Under the pieces are notes generated by a model. That model was given only the letters and a program-made list of their open reading frames with translations, had not been told where the DNA came from and did not search any database. A DNA stretch of 64,000 nucleotides from Candidatus Omnitrophota bacterium. Lineage in GTDB: Bacteria > Omnitrophota > Gorgyraeia > Gygaellales > Profunditerraquicolaceae. A program made the translations under genes and the position numbers. Of this stretch, positions 1 through 8,503 are shown one piece after another. Each line of letters opens with the position of its first letter. Position 1 is the first letter of the stretch. The stretch is from the NCBI GenBank assembly GCA_016208765.1, contig JACQXK010000001.1, positions 128,218-192,217 of the forward strand, given 5' to 3'.

Positions 1-627
1 ATGAACCTGGGGATTAATTATAAAGAGATTTCAATTCAAGAGATATTTGAGTCTTACCTTAAGACTTTAGAACCGCATTTTCAAGGACAAAGCTGGAGCG
101 TTGCCGAGGAGAATATACAGGCGCGTATCCGCGGAAACATACTGATGGGGCTGTCTAATAAATTTGGCTGGCTTGTTTTAACTACGGGTAATAAATCTGA
201 GATGAGCGTGGGTTATGCCACTCTTTACGGAGATATGGCCGGTGGGTTTGCGGTAATTAAAGATGTCCCAAAGACGCTGGTTTATAAATTGGCGCAATAT
301 TACAACGAGAGTAGATACAGGCAAATAATTCCACAAAGGGTGATAGAAAAAGCTCCTTCTGCAGAACTAAGGCCTAATCAAAAAGATACAGATACTCTGC
401 CTGCTTATGAAGAACTGGACCCGGTAATAAAATATTATGTGGAAGATGATATGCCTGTTTCAGAGATAATTAAAAAGGGTTTCAGCAAAGATGTTGTCCT
501 TAAAGCGGCTAAAATGGTAGATAGGAGCGAATATAAACGTAGGCAATCTCCTCCGGGGATCAAGATTACTCCTCGCGCATTCGGCAGGGACCGGCGCATG
601 CCCATAACCAACAGATTTTACGAATGA
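1..627 (+). CDS. nadE: NAD+ synthetase, C-terminal part (5' truncated by window; probably glutamine-dependent)
   Basis: [39 protein letters not shown] and EYKRRQ motifs. Confidence 0.95.
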   Translation: MNLGINYKEISIQEIFESYLKTLEPHFQGQSWSVAEENIQARIRGNILMGLSNKFGWLVLTTGNKSEMSVGYATLYGDMAGGFAVIKDVPKTLVYKLAQYYNESRYRQIIPQRVIEKAPSAELRPNQKDTDTLPAYEELDPVIKYYVEDDMPVSEIIKKGFSKDVVLKAAKMVDRSEYKRRQSPPGIKITPRAFGRDRRMPITNRFYE

Positions 628-1487
628 ACCAAGGAGCGGACATGGATAGAAATATAACATTTAAAGGAAATCCGCTGACACTTGTCGGCAGAAATTTAAG
701 AATACCCTGTTTGGCGCCTGATTTTAAAGTAATCTCTCAGGATCTAAAAGAAATAAGCCTGGCAGATTTTAAGGACAGGATAAAGATTATTAATTCTTTT
801 CCTTCTTTGGATACTCCTGTTTGCGATCTGCAGGTAAAGGAGTTCAATAAAAGGGCAACAGGGTTGTCAGGCGATGTGGTAATTATAGGGATAAGTAAAG
901 ATTTGCCGTTTGCTCAAAAACGTTTCTGTGAAGCGTTTGAAATAAAGAATGTGTTTGTGTTTTCTGATTATAAAACTTCTTCCTTCGGCATTAACTACGG
1001 TTTACTAATTAAGGAATTAAATCTTTTGGCCCGGGCCGCGCTTATTGTGGATAAAAATAATACCCTGCGTTATCTTCAGCTTTCTCCCGAGCTCACTGCG
1101 CCTTTAAACTATGAAGATGTATTAAAAAACTTAGAAGAGGTAATAAAAAGTCCGGTTCTTTCAATCAAAGAAGGCCTGCCTTCTAAATGCAAGCCTTGTG
1201 AAACAGGGGCGCCGGCTCTTCCTAAAGAAAGCATTGAGAAGCTGTTGGCAAATCATCAGGGGTGGCAATTAGTAGAAGATAAAAAACTGGTTAAAGAGTT
1301 TAAGTTCAGGGATTTTATTGAGTCTAAATATTTCCTGGACATGGTTTCTGTGATTGCCGAAGAACAGGGGCATCATCCCACAATGACGTTAATCTACAAT
1401 AAGTTAAAAATTACCCTGACTACGCACGCAGCAGGAGGATTAACTGAAAATGATTTTATTATGGCTATGATGATTGATGAACTTTGA
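624..1487 (+). CDS. tpx: Thiol peroxidase (Tpx) fused to a C-terminal pterin-4a-carbinolamine dehydratase-like domain
   Basis: N-terminal [27 protein letters not shown] (Tpx); C-terminal [29 protein letters not shown] (PCD). Confidence 0.9.
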   Translation: MNQGADMDRNITFKGNPLTLVGRNLRIPCLAPDFKVISQDLKEISLADFKDRIKIINSFPSLDTPVCDLQVKEFNKRATGLSGDVVIIGISKDLPFAQKRFCEAFEIKNVFVFSDYKTSSFGINYGLLIKELNLLARAALIVDKNNTLRYLQLSPELTAPLNYEDVLKNLEEVIKSPVLSIKEGLPSKCKPCETGAPALPKESIEKLLANHQGWQLVEDKKLVKEFKFRDFIESKYFLDMVSVIAEEQGHHPTMTLIYNKLKITLTTHAAGGLTENDFIMAMMIDEL

Positions 1488-1496
1488 GATGAGGGG

Positions 1497-2261
1497 ATGA
1501 TTATGCGCTATCTGCCAAAGTCAATAAAAGCACAGTTAATTATTTACTTATTCGTTTTCGCGGTTTTTCTCGCATTAAAAGAAAGGGATTTTGCTTTTTT
1601 AGCGGCGGTTGCCATTGCAGTAATAGCAGCTGTATCGGTAGAATCGCTTATCCTGTATTTTAAAACAAAGAAATTGCAGATAGCTGAAAGCTCTGTTATT
1701 ACCGGCTTGATCATAGGCTGTGTTGTAGCCAGCGATGAGGCGTGGTGGATGTTTATTTTGGCAGCTTCTTTAGCTATTTCTTCCAAATATATTCTTCGTT
1801 TCCAGAAGAAACACATTTTCAACCCTGCGGCTTTCGGTATATTTTTAACGATAATCTTGTTCGGAGTTCCAACAGAATGGAAAGGGACTTATCTTTGGTA
1901 TATACTTGTTCCATTTGGCATTTATTTTGCTTATAAGATCAGGAAACTGGAAATTGTTCTTGGTTATACAATTATTTCATTGCTTTTATTTGGAACACAG
2001 GATTTGTTGCGTGAGTTGCCTTTAGGCAATATTTTCGGTTACTTTAGCTATTTCTATATTTTTGTGATGGTGATAGAGCCAAAGACGACTCCGGTTAAAT
2101 CACTGGAAAAATATATCTTTGGCGCAGGCTTAGCAGTATTAATTTTTGTTTTGACAGAAGCAGGGGCCAGGTTTGATGTTGAGCTTTTTAGTTTATTGGT
2201 TATGAATGCCAGCGTTCCGATATTAAACAGGATCAGATTAAAAAGGGAGGTTTTAAAATGA
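1497..2261 (+). CDS. Stand-alone RnfD/NqrB-family membrane protein
   Basis: Polytopic hydrophobic protein with SSVITGLII, KHIFNPAAFG and MVIEPKTTP motifs. Confidence 0.75.
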   Translation: MIMRYLPKSIKAQLIIYLFVFAVFLALKERDFAFLAAVAIAVIAAVSVESLILYFKTKKLQIAESSVITGLIIGCVVASDEAWWMFILAASLAISSKYILRFQKKHIFNPAAFGIFLTIILFGVPTEWKGTYLWYILVPFGIYFAYKIRKLEIVLGYTIISLLLFGTQDLLRELPLGNIFGYFSYFYIFVMVIEPKTTPVKSLEKYIFGAGLAVLIFVLTEAGARFDVELFSLLVMNASVPILNRIRLKREVLK

Positions 2262-2611
2262 AGAAAGTATTTCTGCTTACTGTTTTCTTAATTTCTTTTA
2301 TGGCATTTTCATCTGCTTATGCGCATCCGCCATCAGATATTATTATAAACTTTGATCCGAAAACAAAAATACTTAATGCGGTAATTATGCATAATACGAG
2401 TAATCCGGATAGCCACTTTATCAAAAAAGTTGATATTGGTTTGAATGGCAAGGAGATAATTGAACATAAAATTTCCAGAGAAGATAATAATGAAAGCCAG
2501 ACAGTCAGCTATCTAATTCCTGATGCTAATAATGGCGACGTGCTTTCTGTTGAGGCTTATTGTAGTATTAGCGGTAAATTAAGAAAAGAAATTAAAGTAG
2601 AGGTAAAGTAG
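2258..2611 (+). CDS. Exported small protein, superoxide-reductase-like (SORL) fold candidate
   Basis: Signal peptide ending AYA, then HPP, MH, HFI and YCSISG, spaced like SOR metal ligands; GGGAGG RBS. Confidence 0.6.
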   Translation: MKKVFLLTVFLISFMAFSSAYAHPPSDIIINFDPKTKILNAVIMHNTSNPDSHFIKKVDIGLNGKEIIEHKISREDNNESQTVSYLIPDANNGDVLSVEAYCSISGKLRKEIKVEVK

Positions 2612-2612
2612 A

Positions 2613-3656
2613 GTGGATAATATGGGTAGGTTAAAAAAGATAATATACGCCTTGGCAATATTTTTGTTAGCAGGAGGTATTATGAAGGACAGTAGCGGTG
2701 CTTCGGGAAAGATCCCTATTTTTAATGCAGCTACAGGCAAGGTTGAGGAAGTTGAGAAGATTTACAAAACTGATGCAGAGTGGAAAAAGCTGCTTACCCC
2801 CGAACAGTACCGTATTACCCGGCTTAAAGGCACTGAGCGGCCGTTTTCCGGGCAATGCTCGCTTTCTCCCAAAGGAGCTGTTGGTATTTATCAATGTGTC
2901 GGCTGTGGTACGGATTTGTTTCGTTATGAAAGTAAATTTGAATCCGGCACTGGTTGGCCAAGTTTTTTTGAACCTGTTTCAGAACTTAATTTAACGCTGG
3001 TTTCAGACGATAGCATGGGTATGTGCCGGGCTGAAGTTTTGTGCGCGCGTTGCGATGCGCACCTGGGTCATGTTTTTGAGGATGGCCCGCCGCCGACAGG
3101 AAAACGTTATTGTATTAATGCAGCAGCATTGAAGCTTGCAAATAATTTAGCAAAGAATGATGCTGCTAAAACTCAAATTGCTGTTTTTGGTGCGGGTTGT
3201 TTTTGGGGAGTTGAGGCTGCGTTTAGCCAAGTTAAAGGCGTAGTAAATACTACTGTTGGATTTATGGGAGGAAGCACAAAAAACCCTACCTATAAGCAGG
3301 TATGTACAGATAGGACCGCTCATGCAGAAGTTGTACGGGTAGAATATGATCCTGAAAAAGTTTCTTATGAAAAGTTACTTGATGTTTTTTGGAACATTCA
3401 CGACCCAACTACTCCGAACAGGCAGGGCCCTGATCTTGGGTCTCAGTATCGTTCTGTGATTTTTTATCATACGTCCGAACAGGAGAGGGCAGCTTTGCTG
3501 TCAAAGGAGAAATTAGAGAAGTCAGGAAAATTTAAACGGCCGGTAGTAACCGAGATAGCGCCGGAAAAAGAATTTTATAAAGCAGAGGAGTATCATCAAA
3601 ACTACTATGGAAAACAAGGGATTAAACCGTCTTGCAGCTTGCCAAAAAATTTCTAA
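2613..3656 (+). CDS. msrAB: Bifunctional methionine sulfoxide reductase, MsrB-MsrA order, with N-terminal hydrophobic segment
   Basis: GTERPF, SGTGWPSF, HLGHVF, RYCIN (MsrB, two CxxC); GAGCFWG, QYRSVIF, AEEYHQNY (MsrA). Confidence 0.95.
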   Translation: MDNMGRLKKIIYALAIFLLAGGIMKDSSGASGKIPIFNAATGKVEEVEKIYKTDAEWKKLLTPEQYRITRLKGTERPFSGQCSLSPKGAVGIYQCVGCGTDLFRYESKFESGTGWPSFFEPVSELNLTLVSDDSMGMCRAEVLCARCDAHLGHVFEDGPPPTGKRYCINAAALKLANNLAKNDAAKTQIAVFGAGCFWGVEAAFSQVKGVVNTTVGFMGGSTKNPTYKQVCTDRTAHAEVVRVEYDPEKVSYEKLLDVFWNIHDPTTPNRQGPDLGSQYRSVIFYHTSEQERAALLSKEKLEKSGKFKRPVVTEIAPEKEFYKAEEYHQNYYGKQGIKPSCSLPKNF

Positions 3657-4659
3657 GAAGGCAGATGCAGCTGATCTCGGAATAAAAAAAGCCGCTAATA
3701 TTATCTTAAGCGCAAAAAGTATAGTTATCGCCTGCCATGTTAATCCTGATGGCGACTGTATAGGATCTCTGTTGGGGCTTGCCTTTGGATTAAAGTCTTT
3801 GGGAAAAAAAGTTTTTATGCTTAGCCAAGACGGCGTGCCTAAGAAATACAGGATGTTACCCGGAGCAAACTACATAAGAAAAAGATTAGATAAGAAAATA
3901 GATCTGGCAATAGCGGTTGACTGTAATGAAAAGCAGATGTTGGGAAAATCATTTAAAGTCTTTGAAAGAGCAGAAAAAATCTTAGAAATTGACCATCATG
4001 AGTTTCGTGTTCCCTTTGGAGACATTGCATTTGTGGATACTCGTGCAGGAGCAGTAGGAGAGATGGTCTTTAGCTTGTTGAGAGAATTGAATGTCTCTTT
4101 GACACAGAATATGGCTAAAAATATCCTGACATCTATAATTGTAGAAACAGATTCTTTCAGTTTGCCTAATGTACGTGCATTCACATTTGAGGTCTGCGCA
4201 AAGCTTTTTGATACAGGGATAGATTTTTCCAAGTTCATTGAGATGATCTATTGGACGAGCACAAAAGAGAAAATAATTTTGTCAGGTATCTGCCTTTCAA
4301 GATGTAAATTTTTAAGAAAAGGTAAAATTGCCTGGTCCATTGTAAAACAAAGCGATTTTAAGAAGTTTAACGGTAAAGATGAAGATGTTGATGCTGTAGC
4401 AGACCAGATGAGGCAAATTAAAAATGTGTTGATTTCTATATTGTTTCGTCAGAAGCCGCGCGGGTTTTTAAGAGTTAGCCTAAGGTCAAAAGGGTTGATC
4501 AATGTTGCAACTCTTGCGCAGAAATTCGGCGGCGGAGGGCATTTTGATGTGGCAGGGTGTACTGTTGTTGATAGCGCGCTTGTGAGAAGGAAGATTCTTT
4601 TGGAAGCAGAACGGCTATTAAGCCAAAAGTATAATTTCTTGCTTAACCGAACCGATTAA
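3607..4659 (+). CDS. nrnA: DHH/DHHA1 phosphoesterase (NrnA-like oligoribonuclease/pAp phosphatase); true start uncertain
   Basis: HVNPDGD, VDC, IDHH, SLRS and GGGGH motifs. Confidence 0.85.
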   Translation: MENKGLNRLAACQKISKKADAADLGIKKAANIILSAKSIVIACHVNPDGDCIGSLLGLAFGLKSLGKKVFMLSQDGVPKKYRMLPGANYIRKRLDKKIDLAIAVDCNEKQMLGKSFKVFERAEKILEIDHHEFRVPFGDIAFVDTRAGAVGEMVFSLLRELNVSLTQNMAKNILTSIIVETDSFSLPNVRAFTFEVCAKLFDTGIDFSKFIEMIYWTSTKEKIILSGICLSRCKFLRKGKIAWSIVKQSDFKKFNGKDEDVDAVADQMRQIKNVLISILFRQKPRGFLRVSLRSKGLINVATLAQKFGGGGHFDVAGCTVVDSALVRRKILLEAERLLSQKYNFLLNRTD

Positions 4660-4690
4660 AATATAATGGACGATAGAATGAGGAGAACAT

Positions 4691-5296
4691 ATGAAACTTA
4701 AAACTACAAGGCTTGAGGCTTTAACTGACGGGATATTCGCGATTATTATGACTGTTCTCCTGGTTGGTTTAAGCGAGGTGTTTAGTTTAAACGGGCCGCT
4801 AACTCAATCAGATCTTTTAAAATTCTTTCTTGCGCTTAAAAATGATTTCGGAATTTATATCTTAACATTCTTAATTTTGGGTGTTTTTTGGTTTGAGCAT
4901 CACTGGCAATTTCATTTTATTAAGCATGCGGATGTTGCGTTGGTTTTTATAAATATTCTTTGGTTTATGGTAATTTGCCTGTTACCTTTTACTTCACTTC
5001 TTTTGGGCAACCACGGGCATTTATTTATTCCGGTATTTTTGTTTGAATTAAATATACTTTTGTCCAGCCTGATATTATATGCTCACTGGTTATACGCTTC
5101 AAAACATCATCGCTTGTTGGATCCGGAGGTAAATAAAGACATAGTTAGTTCTCATCGTGAAGCAGGTTTATTCCTGATAGGGATATGTGTTTTAGCTTTA
5201 ATCGTAACATTCTGGAATTCGCTTATTGGTTTATTAGTTTTAGCAATGTCGCCTTTAGTTTTTATTTTTTATCGCAAGTCAAACCACGGTTCTTGA
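4691..5296 (+). CDS. TMEM175-family (DUF1211) K+ channel
   Basis: RLEALTDGIFAIIMT signature, FWxxHH, LLPFTS; about 6 TM segments. Confidence 0.9.
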   Translation: MKLKTTRLEALTDGIFAIIMTVLLVGLSEVFSLNGPLTQSDLLKFFLALKNDFGIYILTFLILGVFWFEHHWQFHFIKHADVALVFINILWFMVICLLPFTSLLLGNHGHLFIPVFLFELNILLSSLILYAHWLYASKHHRLLDPEVNKDIVSSHREAGLFLIGICVLALIVTFWNSLIGLLVLAMSPLVFIFYRKSNHGS

Positions 5297-5328
5297 TATG
5301 GGAGGCTTGATCTGGAGGATGTTAAGAA

Positions 5329-5649
5329 GTGAACAAACCGTTTCTTAAGTTATTAAAGGGGAACAAGAGGTTTAAGCGGCTTTTGGGAGATGCTAAGAAT
5401 AGACAAGGCTTACGCTCAGGTTTAGTGGTTTTAAAACCAGGCGAACTTGTCGGAGAGCATTCTACTGAAAATAAAGAAGAGATTTTGATTGTTTTGTCCG
5501 GCTGCGGTTATTTTTATTACGGCAAGAAGACCATTATTTTAAAAGAAAACACTTTTCTTTATGTCCCGGAGAGAACTACGCATAATGTTAAGAATGCCGG
5601 GCAAAAGCCGTTAAAGTATGTCTATATAACAGCAAATTTAAATAAATGA
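5329..5649 (+). CDS. Cupin domain protein
   Basis: GEHST..EE...VLSG and VP...HNVKN cupin motifs. Confidence 0.85.
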   Translation: MNKPFLKLLKGNKRFKRLLGDAKNRQGLRSGLVVLKPGELVGEHSTENKEEILIVLSGCGYFYYGKKTIILKENTFLYVPERTTHNVKNAGQKPLKYVYITANLNK

Positions 5650-6443
5650 CAGATTATCTGGCATTGGCCAAGCTTGCCGCGCTTAAGGCGGGTAAAATCC
5701 ATAAAAAGTATTTTTGTCGTAATCCCAGAATTAAGACAAAATCCTCAACCTTTGACCTTTTGACCGTTGCCGATACCCAAGCCGAGAGGGTAGTGGTTTC
5801 GTTAATAAGGAAATATTATCCGCAGCATAATTTTCTTGCCGAAGAATTCCGTTACAGGAAAACCGGTTCAGAATACACATGGATCATTGACCCTTTGGAC
5901 GGAACAAATAATTTTGCAAGCGGACTTCCGATTTTTTGCGCTTCAGTGGCGTTAATGTTCAGAAATGAAATAATTGCCGCAGCCGTTTATGACGTGACCA
6001 GAAATGAGTTATTCTACGCTCAAAAATACCGGGGGGCGTTTCTTAACGGAAAGCGCATCAGCGTTAATTCTGCCTCGGAATTAAAAAAATCGCTGTTAAT
6101 TACCGGCATTTATTATGATCGCGGAAAAAAAATGGAACAAACTTTAGATACGATTAAAGATTTTCTTTATCGCCATGTGCTGGATGTGCGCAGGCTCGGA
6201 GCTGCTGCCCTTGATTTATGTTACGTGGCTTGCGGCAGGGCTGCCGGTTTTTGGGAGTTTGAATTGAGCCCCTGGGATTTCGCTGCCGGAAAATTAATTG
6301 TTGAAGAAGCAGGGGGCATGGTGACGGGGAGCTTAGAGGAAACAGTGCCGCTTACAAAGAAATATTTTATTGTTGCATCAAATACGAAAATTCATCGCAA
6401 GATGCTTGCAATTATAAACAAGAAAGTTGCGAGGAAGTTGTAG
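5646..6443 (+). CDS. suhB: Inositol monophosphatase family protein
   Basis: WIIDPLDGTNNF, RRLGAAALDLCYVA, PWDFAAG. Confidence 0.9.
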   Translation: MTDYLALAKLAALKAGKIHKKYFCRNPRIKTKSSTFDLLTVADTQAERVVVSLIRKYYPQHNFLAEEFRYRKTGSEYTWIIDPLDGTNNFASGLPIFCASVALMFRNEIIAAAVYDVTRNELFYAQKYRGAFLNGKRISVNSASELKKSLLITGIYYDRGKKMEQTLDTIKDFLYRHVLDVRRLGAAALDLCYVACGRAAGFWEFELSPWDFAAGKLIVEEAGGMVTGSLEETVPLTKKYFIVASNTKIHRKMLAIINKKVARKL

Positions 6444-6471
6444 CATATTTTAATCAGAATGGCGGCTAAGA

Positions 6472-6506
6472 TTATCCTGAGCGAGCCTAAGGCGAGAGAA
6501 GGATCT
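6472..6506. repeat. Short intergenic REP-like element, copy 1
   Basis: ttatcctgagcgagcctaaggcgagagaaggatct aligns with 27152-27185. Confidence 0.6.
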
Positions 6507-6524
6507 TAAAGAAGGATTGTTTGC

Positions 6525-6689
6525 ATGGAAGAAAAGATCGGGCATTTAAAAGTGAATATATTTAAGATTAAAAACCGTTGCGGATATGCGGCAGTGTGTT
6601 TTGACCATTTGACTGAGGGCAAAACACAACAAGAGGCCTATGAACGCATGCTAAAGGCTTTGCGCCGGACAAATAAGCAGGAAAAATGA
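6525..6689 (+). CDS. Small 54-aa hypothetical protein (HicB N-terminal-like), absent from the ORF track
   Basis: MEEKIGHLKVNIFKIKNRCGYAAVCFDHLTEGKTQQEAYERMLKALRRTNKQEK; GAAGGA RBS; stop overlaps the next ATG (ATGA). Confidence 0.65.
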   Translation: MEEKIGHLKVNIFKIKNRCGYAAVCFDHLTEGKTQQEAYERMLKALRRTNKQEK

Positions 6690-7165
6690 AGATAAAACCA
6701 GAAGATAAATATATGAAGTTAGCAATTTCCGAGGCTAAGAAGAACCTGAAGTTAATGCATGGGGGCCCATTTGGCGCGTGTATTGTTAAAGCCGGTAAAA
6801 TCCTTGCAGTGGCGAGGAATACTGTTTTAAAAGAGGATGCTGTTTGTCATGCTGAAATAAATGCTATCAAAATTGCCTCTAAGAAAATAAAAAGTTTTGA
6901 CCTGTCCGGGTGTATTATATACTCAACCACTGAACCATGCCCGATGTGTTTTAGCGCTATCCACTGGGCGCGCATAGGAGTAGTTGTTTTTGGCACAACC
7001 ATTCATGATGCCCAGCGTATTGGATTTAACGAATTAAAGATTTCTTCAGCTATGTTGAAACGATTAGGCAAAAGCAGGGTCAAGCTTGTAAAAAGTAAGT
7101 TAACCAAAGAGTGCAGGCAATTGTTTGATAACTGGCGCGTTTTGCCCGGCAGAAAATTATATTAG
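6686..7165 (+). CDS. guaD: Cytidine-deaminase-fold nucleoside/guanine deaminase
   Basis: GGPFGA, HAE and EPCPMC zinc motifs; substrate inferred. Confidence 0.75.
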   Translation: MKIKPEDKYMKLAISEAKKNLKLMHGGPFGACIVKAGKILAVARNTVLKEDAVCHAEINAIKIASKKIKSFDLSGCIIYSTTEPCPMCFSAIHWARIGVVVFGTTIHDAQRIGFNELKISSAMLKRLGKSRVKLVKSKLTKECRQLFDNWRVLPGRKLY

Positions 7166-7196
7166 CAGTGATCCAGATTTAATCCCGGAGGAAATA

Positions 7197-8480
7197 ATGA
7201 CTGAATATAATGATAAACAGGCGGTGCGGATTTCAGAAGAAAATTACCGGGCTGTATTTGATGTAATTAATGACGCAGTCTTTATACACAAGCCGGATAA
7301 CGGTGAAATATTAGATTGCAATCAAAAGACTCTGCAATTATACGGTTATTCGTTAGAGGATATCCGTTTAAAAACAATCGGAGACCTTAGCTCTGGAAAG
7401 CCCCCTTACGACCATAATAATGCTTTAAAGTTTGTGCAAACAGCAGCAGGCGATGGCCCGCAGATATTTGAATGGTTGGCAAAAGATAAAGCAGGAAAGG
7501 AGTTTTGGGTTGAGGTTAATCTAAAGAAGATATTGGTTGGTTCGGAAGTAAGAGTTTTGGCAATTGTCCGGGATATTCAGTTGTTAAAGTCTGCTTCAGA
7601 AGAATTGAAAGAATTGCAAAAAAGGATTGAATTTATCCTTGGAGTTACTAAAACCGGAGTAGATATTATTGATTCCGATTTTAATATTGTTTATATTGAC
7701 CCCACCTGGGCAAAGGTTTACGGAGATTTTAAAGGCAAGAAGTGCTTTGAATATTTTACCGGACGCAGCAGCTCTTGCCCGGGCTGTACCTTGAAATTAG
7801 CTTTTTTAACCAAGCAACCTGTGGTCACTGAGGAGGTCCTTCCAAGAGAAGGCAACCGTCCGATCCAGGTTACCACGATACCTTTTCAAAATGAAAAAGG
7901 TGAATGGTTGGTAGCTGAGATTAATGTTGATATTACTAAAATAAAACGCACTCAGGAGCTCTTAAAGGAACAGAAGTCAAGCCTTCAATCAATAGCCGAC
8001 AATGTTCCGGGAGCTGTCTATGAGTATCAATTAACTAAAGACGGCAAGCAGAGTTTTATTTTTTTAAGCGCAGGGGCAAAAGAATTGTTTGGTCTTGGTT
8101 TAACAGAGATGAAAAAAGATTTTTCATTAGCCTGGGGCTTAATTATTCCTGATGACGCAGAGCTTGTGCAGGAATCTATATTGTCTTCTGCTCGCTCTAT
8201 GCAGCAATGGAATATGGAGTTTCGCATAAAAATGCCAAATGGAGAGAATAAATGGATACACGGTAGTTCTATGCCTAAGTTAAATGCAAAAGACGGCAGT
8301 ATTGTTTGGACCGGCACTTTTCTGGATATAACAGCGCGTAAAAAAGTAGAAGATGAGTTGTCCCGGAAATTGCGCGAATTAGAAATATTTCAGAAAGCCG
8401 CCATCGGAAGAGAATTGAAGATGATAGAGTTGAAGAAGAAGATAGAGAAACTTGAAGAAGAGCTTAAAAAGCAGCAATAA
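7197..8480 (+). CDS. Triple-PAS protein ending in a coiled coil, with no enzymatic output domain
   Basis: Three PAS/PAC units ending RDI/DIT/DIT; C-terminal GRELKMIELKK; GGAGG RBS before ATG 7197. Confidence 0.85.
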   Translation: MTEYNDKQAVRISEENYRAVFDVINDAVFIHKPDNGEILDCNQKTLQLYGYSLEDIRLKTIGDLSSGKPPYDHNNALKFVQTAAGDGPQIFEWLAKDKAGKEFWVEVNLKKILVGSEVRVLAIVRDIQLLKSASEELKELQKRIEFILGVTKTGVDIIDSDFNIVYIDPTWAKVYGDFKGKKCFEYFTGRSSSCPGCTLKLAFLTKQPVVTEEVLPREGNRPIQVTTIPFQNEKGEWLVAEINVDITKIKRTQELLKEQKSSLQSIADNVPGAVYEYQLTKDGKQSFIFLSAGAKELFGLGLTEMKKDFSLAWGLIIPDDAELVQESILSSARSMQQWNMEFRIKMPNGENKWIHGSSMPKLNAKDGSIVWTGTFLDITARKKVEDELSRKLRELEIFQKAAIGRELKMIELKKKIEKLEEELKKQQ

Positions 8481-8503
8481 AAACTATATAAGCGGAGGAA
8501 GAA

